From Podarcis cretensis (taxonomy: Eukaryota), in the NCBI GenBank assembly GCA_951804945.1, contig OX638151.1:92008001-92072000 (forward strand): a DNA stretch of 64,000 nucleotides, in the 5' to 3' direction. This document shows, in pieces, positions 12,411 to 22,423 of this stretch. A model generated the notes under the pieces. It was not told the DNA's origin and did no database searches. It was given only the letters and a program-made list of their open reading frames with translations. Each line of letters opens with the position of its first letter. The stretch's first letter is position 1. The translations under genes and the position numbers were made by a program.

Positions 12411-15035
12411 GTAAGTCAGCAGATAACTTTCAAAGGGATGGTAAAACCACTAAGGCAGCTATACTTTTTTAAGTATAAGGATAGATGATGTGAACTCCTT
12501 ACGTACTCTCTAGATATAAAATGAAGGTTGACATCACATATCTAGTGAACACCAAGCCTGACCTGAAATTATCCGCTCTCATTGTCCTTACTATTTTTAT
12601 TACTTTAGTTTGCTAAAATTCTATTGCAGGATATTGGTTCTATAAGAGAATTCCCCTAAGGTACTGAGAAACTTGTAAAATACCTTTATATTTATTGGCT
12701 TATAAGCTCTCTCACACTGCCGTGCTTTCAACTTAGCAGCTGGATTTGATAGTAGTCTAAGTAGTGATGACAGGATGGACAGGGTTGGGAAGTATGGCAA
12801 AGGGAGGCATCTGCATGCAAGCAAAGATATCTCAATAGTTCCTGTGATGTATAGTATTGAACAAGGCCAATTCAGAAAAGAGTTTTCTATTCAGTCTGCA
12901 AATAAAAATGGCAGGCAGACAAAGCTGCCAGTGGAGGCAGTGCATGTTGCTGATGAAAGGGAGGAGAAATTTAAATGGTCTATTTCACTGAAGGAGAGAG
13001 CAAGAGTACATGGGAAAACTAATTCTGAGCCTGTGATGAGAATAAAGAATAGAAGTCTGAAGGCAGGGCATTATCCCATGGGAATCAGCCCAATTCAACA
13101 ACCCACTTGCCTTTCAGAAAGGTTGCACTCTGAGAACCTGAATAAAGACTTTGAAAAATATTCTCACAGTGTACTGATAAAGGTGGAAGAGAATATTCAA
13201 ATAGGTGAATTGTTAGCCATTGTTGCAAAACTGCCCTAAGCAATTTAAAACCAAGGAAGGAATCAGTAAGACAATGCAGCAACAATTAAGACACGTGTCC
13301 TTCTGACAGGCGAATACTACTAATACATTACATAATATGTCTCTAGATAGCAGCAATTTTAGAACAGCTACCCCACAAGAAAGACTGTACAAATTCCAAA
13401 GAAAATAAATGTTGAAGGCCAAGGAAGCACAACTTGTTTCTGTGCTGTTTCAAAGGTTTACACAGTAGAAAACACAGTTATACAGCATAGTCTAAAAGTG
13501 TATGAACTAAATTGTGGAATGATGCAAAGCAACGTCAACCAAAATATGAATTCAGTATTGTTATGTTATTCAAATAAATAGTGATGTAGTGCTGGCCAGT
13601 TCCCAAAGCAAAATAATTTTGAGGAAGGGTAATTTGGACATGAACCAAGAAAGGAAAAATTTGAAGATACCCTTTCTTGCAATCTTCAAATGCTGAGAGT
13701 TTGACACAGAATGTTGTCTGTGCTTTGACCACTCTATTCACTGGTGTTCACAAAGAAAATATAGAGATGGAAGTGGATATGTTTTTTTTTTAAAAAAGGA
13801 AGGATTTTTTCTAGCTGAGTCAGTGCTGCATAAAGATGTACATGGCCATTCAAAGCTACTCGAAGAAGACAAAAATCATAAACTGAGAGAGGATGTCAGG
13901 AGAACAAAGTATGGAAACACAGGAAACGAACAGCCAGTTTTTGAATCGAGAATGTGCAGAGAAAGCATAGGCCAAAAGGAAGAAATAAAAAAGAAAGAGG
14001 TACATAGTTGTATTGAAAATCAGAGGCAATCATAACGAATATAATAGTATTATAGAAATAAATACAACTTCAAAATCATTCCTAATCATCACTTGAAACT
14101 TAAATATGTCTTTGTGTGGTGCGAAAATTGATTTAAAACTGATTCAATGGAGTTGCAATATTTAAACAAACTGCTAAGCTGTTGATTTGCATAATCATTC
14201 CTTTTATTCATTTATGTAGCAAGATCAGCTACAGAAACCTCCCAGCTGACAACTTGTTTTGCTGATCAGGATTAGTGGGCTGGGAGATAATTAAATTATT
14301 ACATTTTAATGATCTTTAGCATTGGCGTTTCCAAGTATCTTGTGGTTTGTGTTATATACCAGTAGATGTCGCATTTATTGGTGTAATGGGACATCTACTG
14401 GAAAATAAAATCTCATTTAACAGCAATAGTTAGAAAGAATTAAATTCAATCCAGAAGGAAATAAAGCTGCCTTTGCATTAGTATGTCTTGGTGAGTTAAT
14501 GATACTGTAACGTTGTGCTAGTCTTTTGTTAAAAGAAAGAGCATTATGTTCAGAGCCTAAATAACTATTGTTGAAGGACATGGCTAATTAAATGTGGTTT
14601 CTTGCTAATTGTATCATGTTTTACACTAAAACACCCTCCTCTTCTTATTCAACTAACCATCAAATGAGGAAGTGCTTTTTTCTTGCATGGTGTGTTTTGC
14701 TGAGAAGTTGCTCTGTAGCTTTTAAGCAAGGACTCATGCAAGTGAGCTTCTGGGCATCACCTTCAACCTATGAGACAACTCTTATCCTGAAAGCAAAGGG
14801 ATTCTTCTTGAGGACTTCAGCTGGTGGATTCCTTCATGCAGCTTTCTCTTTACTCTAACTAACGGTCCCTTTCTGATGGTGACAGTGGTGGTGGGAATCC
14901 CTCAGTCTGTGCTGCTGACATGCTGTAGTTGAAGTTTGTAAGTATTTGCAACTGTGCATTTTAACATTACAACATTACCTAACGTTTTAAAAGAATGGAT
15001 TTCAATGTTTCTTGTTGCCTTATTTTTTTTGGCAG

Positions 15036-17723
15036 ATCCTGAAGAATAAGGAGGCACTAGTACGTGGTGAATATTCTGATCTGGAGCAGCAGCAAAAAGA
15101 AGTAATGAGTGAGAACAGAAAACTTATGGAGAGGATAAATGAGCTTGAGGAGACGTTGAATGAGTTGAGGAAACAGAAGTTCCAGTTGGAAGTAGAACTT
15201 CCAAAAGCAAAGGCCGATGCAGAGAAAGAAATGAAGAAGCAGCAGACCAAAATGGAGGAGATTTCTCTCCAGAAAGCCAAGGCTGAGCAAGAAGCAAAGC
15301 GCTATCGCATGGAACTAGAGGATGCTCTTAAAGAGAAAGAAGACGCAGAGCAGGAGTTGGAGCGTGTGAAGCAGCTCGCTTTGAAGACTGAGGCTCAGAG
15401 AAGTATGGTTGAGGAAAGGTTCAGAGCTTTCAGAATGCAGCTAGAGGAAACTGCTGTGGCTAGAGATGCTCTTGAAGATAAGTTAAGAAGGAAGGACACC
15501 AATCTTCAAGATTTAGAGCAGCAAAAGAAAGCACTGATGGAGGAGCTGAGGAAGAAGACTGCTGAAGAAGAGAAGCTTGTGAAACTCATTAAGGAAATGG
15601 AACAAGACATGGAGTTTCAAGGTAGTCTAGTGAAAAGCAAATGCAGAGAAAAGGAAATAACCGAAGTCAGAAGGCAAATTACTATAATAGGACAAGAAAC
15701 TCTGTTGCCAACAGGTTCAGACTTTTTCAGAGAAAAGCAAGAACTGAAAAACATAGAGGAATTCCAGCAACTGGTGGATGAGCTAACATTTGCCAACAAA
15801 AAGTCCGAGAAAACCATCAAAGACCTAAAATACGAACTGTGTGAACTTGAACTGCAGAATGCGTCTGCTGAAGAAAAGGCTCGCTTACTAAAAGAAAAAC
15901 TGGATGATGCCAATAATTCTCTCAGGCGCCTTAAAGTAGAGCTGGATCAGAAAGAGCTGGTAGAGCAAGGATACTTGGAGCAGCTGAAGGAGCTTGACAG
16001 GCAGCTGCAGAAAACCACAGGCAAAGCTGAAGAGGTAATGCAAGAAGCCATGGATCTGAAGAAAATAAATATGAAGTATCAAGAAGAGCTGAGGTCACTT
16101 CAGAAGGAGAAGGCACTGTTAAAGATGGAGCTGGAAGAGTTGGCTAGGACACACACAAACACTGGAATTACTATTCAGCAATTGCATTCCCAAATCACTT
16201 CTCTTCAGCAAGAAAAAATGGCAGCTGAACAGAGAACTGTTTCAAGCAGAGGGGAAGCAACCAGCCTACAAGAACAATTAAAAAAAATGCAGGAACAATT
16301 CCTTCAAAAGACAAGAGAAGAAAAAGAAAACCAGCTGAAAATTCAAAGACTGAAAGATGATTTAGCAGATAGCAATCACTTAGTGGAAAAGTTAAAACAG
16401 AAGGTTGAGGAGCTTTCTAGATGGAACAGCGAGACCAAAATAATGATGACTGAAGTCCGGACTGATTCAGAGAAGATAATTCTTGAAAGACAAATTATTG
16501 ACAGAAAAAATGATGAATTAAAAGCCCTGGCTGAAGGTTTCAAAGAGCAACTACGTATCACAAATGAACAACTGCACAAACAGATAATACTTGAGCAGGA
16601 GCACTTGGATCACATCAAGAGATTAGAAGATGAGCTAATAAAAGCAAAAGAATTAGCCGGTGAATTTAAGCAGAAATGTGACAGGGACAATGCTTATAAC
16701 ATGAATGCAGAGATGGAAATAAGAAATCTACGTACTCAGATGAGCACATTCACTATGGAAATGAAGATGAACGAGCAGAAGGTCCAGCAGCAGCAGTCCC
16801 ATATTCATGAGCTCAATAGCAAGATGAAGAAGCTGCAAGACGACTTGCATCAGAAGATCTTGGAGGAACAAATGGCACGCCAAAATGTGGCTTTACTTCA
16901 GGAAGAATCAATTGCATTCAAGCATTCTGCAGAAGAGTTTAGGAAGAAATTTGAAAAACTCTTGGAAACTCACAACATAGCGGAAAATGACATATCTGGT
17001 ATCAGGATGGAATGCATCACCCTGCAGCAAGAAAACCACATGGCTCAAGACAACATTAGAATGTATAAACTTCAAATTGAAGACCTGCAAGACAGACTTC
17101 AGAAATCCCGTGAGCAGCTTCAGCAAGGCAAGCATGCAGAAATGGAGTATGTGCAGAAATACCGCAAAATGGAAGAAGAGTTGCAAATGCAGAGGCGGAC
17201 AGTAGAGAACTTGAAGCACCAAATAGACCTGCAGAAAAGAGATCATGGCAATCAGCTGCGTTGGTTTCAGAATGAGATCAACAAAAGGAACATCCAGTTA
17301 GACTTTGGGTGGAAGGGAAATGGGTTTAGTTACTTGGGAGACACCTCCCCAAGAGATTTTGAACATATTAACCTCTGTACGACCACATCTCCTTTATTAA
17401 GAAGGAGACACCTAAGTGGCTCAAGTTGCAAATCTGAACCGCTGGTTGCACAGAAGTTGCAAACAGTTGCCACTGATTCATTGCAACGAGAGAAGCCATT
17501 CCAGTTGTCCGGAGTAACCCACCAACTGGAAAATGGAATAAGTCAACAGTCCTATGCCGAATATGTTTCCCAGACAAGCACAGAGTTTGAGATAACGGTT
17601 GATAAGAGCAACCCTATCACAAGAATTTCAGAAATAGATAAATTGAGAGACGGCAAACTCCTCAGTTCCAGGCTTGAAGAGAATTATGAAGTGGGCTTAG
17701 GGAAGCGCCTGCATCCATTGGAG
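15036..17723 (+). CDS. DST: BPAG1e/BP230-specific coiled-coil rod exon (896 codons)
   Basis: ORF 15012-17750; tttttggcag acceptor, gag|gtacat donor; E/K/Q/L-rich heptad composition; motifs EEKARLLKEKLD, TTGKAEE, SQTSTE and NPITRISEIDK as in BP230. Confidence 0.93.
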
Positions 17724-18824
17724 GTACATGGCACATTTGATGGCGTTTGATATTGCTTGGGTGTTGTTGTTACAACTTTCTGTTCTCCTGTAATCTTCAT
17801 TGCTTTTCTGTTCTATTTCTATGTTTTCATCTTATCTGATATCGAACACTTTCTTACATCTGGCACGCATCAATCCGCATTATACCAAGACATTTGTGCA
17901 GATGCAGAAGTTGCTTGCATGTGTGGAAGCAAAAATTTCACCCACCAACACCCACCAAAAGGTTCCCCATTTGTTTAAAAGAGGGGGGCCTACATACCGA
18001 AGAGCACACTTCTCTGCAAAATGGTGTTTGCCGGATAAAAGCAGCAGGTGTCTTTACACCATGCTCTGCCCACAGTTGTCCCCACACCCTATGATTTCAA
18101 CAAGACGTGAGGTGGAGGCAAAAAGTGCACTTCTAACCTTAAAAGCTCCCCATCCAACTGCCAAATGATTTTTTGTGGCCTACAGAAGTCCAAGATCTCT
18201 CTTAAGTATTGTACTGCACATACAACAGGCCTGGCTTCCTAGAATGAAAAAAGAAATTCACAAATCCAAGTTGTTCACATCCGCATTAGATTTTTTAAAG
18301 TGGTACTTGGAGCAAAAAGGTGCAGTCTCTCATTTCGCCCAAAGGAGTGACCCTGTTCAGGGTTCTCTCAGCAGTTCCCTCCAAACTGGCCATTCCACTC
18401 TTCCCACGCTGTGTTTTGTTTTTCTTTTCCAGCTGCACTCTGTATTCCATAGCTACTGAGCATGCTCTGAGCATTGTCTCCTTTGAGGGTTTGTTTGGTT
18501 TTGCCCCCTTAGGTTTTAATATATAGTGCTTCTGTGAATCTTGGGGATTTCCTGCCTTCATTCACCACCTGAGTTTGAAATTAGAAGGGTGATGATATTG
18601 CTAAGAGATAGTTTCTTTTTTTACACTTTGCTGTCATTCCATCCCATTTTCCTTCTCAAACCAAATTCCATATTGCCAAGGTTAATAAAGTTTGCTGATT
18701 CTTAGTGTTTGCTGTTCATATTCTGCATCTCTCCCCCTCTCCCTGTTTATGGGCTAGATTAATAACTTGATGCTATTTTCTAAATACAGTATCCTTCATT
18801 ATGTCAAACAATTCCTATTTACAG

Positions 18825-20615
18825 AATCTCCAAAATGAAGATTTATCAAAGATCAGTGCCATCTTAGAGGAAAAGCAAGCCAAGGAGGTTGCTCTGATCC
18901 CCTCTGAATATGATAATATCAAATTTCAAGGTCTCCGGCATGATGTAACTGCCAAGCAGTTGATTGAAGTTAAACTTCTAGACCTGAGCACAGCTGAACA
19001 GCTTCATTCAGGAAAGAAGGCCATTGCTGAGGTTCAAAAAAATCTTGAGAATTTTTTGACTAAGCCTACTGCAATAGCTGGGTTGTATATTGAATCTAGT
19101 AAAGGGAAGGTCTCATTTGCTTCTGCAGCTAAGCAGAGAATAATTGAAAAAGCATCTGTGTTAGCACTGCTTGAAGCCCAGGCCGCCACTGGTTTTATCA
19201 TTGATCCCACAGCAGGTCAGAAATACTCGGTTGATGATTCAGTTGCCAAGGGACTTGTAGATCATGAATACAAAAGCAGGCTTCTTGAGGCAGAAAAGGC
19301 AGTTTTAGGATATCTATTTTCTGGGAAAAAGCTGTCTGTTTATCAAGCAATTGAAACCAGAATCCTTGAAAGGCAGAAAGGCAAAAGTTTTATTGAAGCT
19401 CAGATAGCAAGTGGAGGTATTATTGACCCTGTGAGAAGTGTCCGTGTGTGTCCTGAAGTTGCGGTCCAACTGGGCTTGCTGAACAACACCGTTCTGAAAT
19501 TTATATATGAACATTCCAGTAATAAAAAAGTCTTCCAGAATCCAAATAATAGGCAAGCCATGTATTATAATGATTTGCTGAAGCTGTGTTTACTTGATAT
19601 CGGAAGCAAATGCTTCCTGCTCCCTGTTGGGGAGAGAAAAATAACCACCCCATCTGCTGAAAAAATTCATAAAATATCTGTGGTAGATATTACAACTGGA
19701 GCAGAAATGACCTCTTATGAGGCTTATAAAAAGTCCCTGATAGACAAAAGTACCTACCTCCAGCTGTCAGGGCAAGAATTTCAGTGGAAAGAATCCACAT
19801 GCTTTGATCACCATGGAAATTCTTACCTTGTGCTGACAGATCTAAAAACTGGAATGCAGTTCAACATTGACGAGGCATTAACTGATGGCAAAGTTGATAG
19901 AATGCTGGTCAGTCAATACAAGGAAGGGCAAATCACAGCCAGCGAGCTTGCGGATGTTTTGTTGAGCAATTCTAAACCACAGACAGATGTCAACAGCCCC
20001 ATTGCTGGTGTCTGGCTGCCCGAGACAAATGAGAGAATGCCTCTTCTGAAAGCTGCTCGCAAAAACCTAGTGGAGAGAACCACGGCACTGAGGTGCCTTG
20101 AAGCACAAGCAAGTACGGGAGGTATAATTGATCCCTTTACTGGGAAGAGATATAGTGTGGCAGAGGCCTTGCAAAGGGAGCTGATTGATGAGGCGTCTGC
20201 TAAGCACGTCCAGCAGTGTGAACTGGTCTTTACTGGGATTATTCACCCTGTAACAAAGAGTGTTCTGTCAGCCGTTGAAGCAATGAACACAAATGTCCTA
20301 GAGAAAGAAATGGGCACTCGCTGCCTAGAGTATCAACATCTGACTGGTGGATTGATAGATCCCAAGTCTCATTGCAGATTATCGATGGAAGAAGCTATTA
20401 AAAGGGGCATTATTGATGCCGTCACTGCTACAAAGATGAAAAATGACAAATTCTACTTAAAAGGTATTACGTGTCCCAAGACAAAGAAGAAATTGACGTA
20501 TAAAGAAGCCCTTGATAATGCAGTTTTTGACTGCCACACAGGGCTACGATTGCTAGAAGCAGCTGAGCTCATTTCCTCAGGAATTTCTAGTCTGTATTTT
20601 TCCTCACAGTCATAA
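18825..20615 (+). CDS. DST: BPAG1e terminal exon: two plakin-repeat domains (B and C type) with linker, stop TAA
   Basis: ORF 18801-20615; tttacag acceptor in phase 0; repeated LEAQxxTGGIIDP-type motifs; ends SGISSLYFSSQS*. Confidence 0.95.
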   Translation, partial: NLQNEDLSKISAILEEKQAKEVALIPSEYDNIKFQGLRHDVTAKQLIEVKLLDLSTAEQLHSGKKAIAEVQKNLENFLTKPTAIAGLYIESSKGKVSFASAAKQRIIEKASVLALLEAQAATGFIIDPTAGQKYSVDDSVAKGLVDHEYKSRLLEAEKAVLGYLFSGKKLSVYQAIETRILERQKGKSFIEAQIASGGIIDPVRSVRVCPEVAVQLGLLNNTVLKFIYEHSSNKKVFQNPNNRQAMYYNDLLKLCLLDIGSKCFLLPVGERKITTPSAEKIHKISVVDITTGAEMTSYEAYKKSLIDKSTYLQLSGQEFQWKESTCFDHHGNSYLVLTDLKTGMQFNIDEALTDGKVDRMLVSQYKEGQITASELADVLLSNSKPQTDVNSPIAGVWLPETNERMPLLKAARKNLVERTTALRCLEAQASTGGIIDPFTGKRYSVAEALQRELIDEASAKHVQQCELVFTGIIHPVTKSVLSAVEAMNTNVLEKEMGTRCLEYQHLTGGLIDPKSHCRLSMEEAIKRGIIDAVTATKMKNDKFYLKGITCPKTKKKLTYKEALDNAVFDCHTGLRLLEAAELISSGISSLYFSSQS

Positions 20616-21125
20616 TTTAACAATGGAAGTTATTAAATTGGCCTGCAGTAATTTAAACCATCTGGCTCATGGAAATGATTCCCTATGATTTAATTGGGTT
20701 GTGAAATAGGGTTCCTGGCTGATTTCTAAGCAGAACAAAGCATTTTGAGTTTGCTTATGTATAGTTTTCAGCGTACAGTAGATTTAACGTTGCTCCATGC
20801 TTGTAATTATGATGCACAATTTGATAAGAGTTAAGCACTTCTATGCCCCATTAATTTTGGTGGAAATTTAAGCTAATGCTTTAGTTTTCCTTGAAATCAT
20901 TAGGACCTGAATGTACTTAAAACTATCCCTGAATTGATCCTCTATGTTGTATAAATGGTAGTAGCAGCTTGCTAACTGGGATCATTGTGGTAGCAATGTG
21001 TTGCAGAGTTGTTGTTGTTTTTGCCATTCCAGCTGCTCTTGGGAAATTTTCAGAAGTGAAACAATATGCTCTGTTGCATTTATATCAGTGTATGATGCAA
21101 TACTATCCTGCAAAATAAAAAAAAA

Positions 21126-21256
21126 ATCTAGAGTTGGAAGGGACCACAAGTGTCATCTAGTCGAACCCCCTGCAATGCAGGAATATTTTGCCCAACGTGG
21201 GGCTCAACCCATGACCCTGAGGTTAAGAGTCTCATGCTCCACTGCCTGTGCTATCT
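21126..21256 (-). mobile_element. tRNA-Lys(CTT)-derived SINE with a CR1-type 3' tail, inside the putative BPAG1e 3'UTR
   Basis: Reverse strand: gagcatgagactcttaacctcagggtcatgggttgagccccacgttgggc (tRNA-Lys-like), then attcctgcattgcagggggttcgactagatgacacttgtggtcccttccaactcta. Confidence 0.85.
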
Positions 21257-21499
21257 CCATTGATTCAGCCAAAGTTAAACAGGGAGCTAAGTATGTAAAC
21301 CCTCCCATTGTAGTCAATAGCACTTGAATATTTGTGTAGAACTTAATATGCAATATCATAAATAGATTTGACAGGATGCTTGTTTGCCGGTGCAAAGTTT
21401 ACTGTGGTGTGGGTTCTGTCATAAAGACTGGATATTCTTCTAACGGCATGTTTACATGGAAGCAAGCCTCTCTGTGTTAGGTGGCGGTTACGCCTTTGT

Positions 21500-21590
21500 A
21501 ACAGCACAGTCCTCCCTATGTCTACTCAGAAGAAAGTCCTGCAGAATTTAATGGGTTGTAGTCCTTAAGTGGGGATAGTATTGCAGCCCA
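21500..21590. mobile_element. Short palindromic MITE; similar copies near 35625-35700 and 45147-45240
   Basis: gcacagtcct...tactcagaag...aatggg...gtattgcagcc pattern recurs in several introns. Confidence 0.5.
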
Positions 21591-22153
21591 AGTTACATGG
21601 AGATAAGATTCTCAGTGACACTGGAAATTTCAGAGAAAATGATAGACTTCAGTTACATGATTATTATTTTTCTGGTTTTCCTTCTACTACATGATTCTTT
21701 ACATTAAAAAACCCCACAACCATATTAAACCTGAAATCGGCAATAAAGTTGGCTACAAAATTAGTAATTTTCCTTCTCAGGAGAAACATATAAGATGCTA
21801 TGTTAATTGCACAGGATTGAAGTATGTTATTGAATTTCATTGTCTTCTTCAACAACATAATAATCTAGAACTGGGTGTACATCTAATGCAAAGGCTGAGA
21901 TTTAGAGTGTTTTTCCTGGCAAACCCTTGCTTAGATTTGGCTTGTACGGTGGTGGCTGGGAGGTTTCTGTAATGTGAGTTCCATCATCTATGTATATGAA
22001 TGTGTTTATATGTATCATAATGGCTATCTTAGTTTTTTCAGATGTTTTGAATTAATTACTTCAATTACTTTTTTATTATTGTTTACCTTTTTTTTAAAAA
22101 AAGCATGCATAAGAATGACTGTGGTAATGGGGATAAAAAAGAAAGAAAGTAAA

Positions 22154-22222
22154 AATAAAGCTCATTATCTGGCATCTTCCACAATAAAATTTTTGACGGT
22201 GTAACTGTTTTTCGGGTTGGCT
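22154..22222 (+). terminator. Candidate BPAG1e polyadenylation region
   Basis: AATAAA at 22154-22159 and 22183-22188 followed by the GT/T-rich element ttttgacggtgtaactgtttttcgggttgg; other AATAAA at 21114 and 21742. Confidence 0.5.
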
Positions 22223-22288
22223 GTAACCTTAATATACCTACAATTTTAAATATATATATATATATTTGCAATGCACATTGTTCATCAG

Positions 22289-22423
22289 AAGTCAGTGGAA
22301 GAGGAGAAGAAAGAACACGTCGAAAAAGCTGGGGACTTACTGAAATGGGTTTCAAACATCACCAAGAGCCTCAGCAAAGGCGGAGGAGAAAAGTCTGAAA
22401 AAGCAGATTCTCCTAAGAAACAG
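22289..22423 (+). CDS. DST: First DST a/b-isoform exon (KSVEEEKKEHVEKAGDLLKWVSNI...KKQ)
   Basis: catcag acceptor, cag|gtatta donor; phase 0, joins 12410. Confidence 0.93.

Noticed and set aside
14359-14401. Pre-miRNA hairpin
   Set aside because: The 43-nt fold is too short and the flanking pairing is weak.
15012-20615. The 912-aa and 604-aa ORFs as independent intronless genes (myosin-like, or desmoplakin/epiplakin-like)
   Set aside because: Both start at phase-0 splice acceptors and correspond to the BP230 rod and tail exons of DST.
21112-21126. AATAAA and A-tract as the definitive BPAG1e poly(A) site
   Set aside because: It abuts a SINE tail, and the genomic A-run could cause internal priming; it cannot be confirmed from sequence.
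21185-21256. Functional tRNA-Lys gene
   Set aside because: The 5' end and T-arm are degenerate and it is fused to a CR1-type tail, so it is a SINE.
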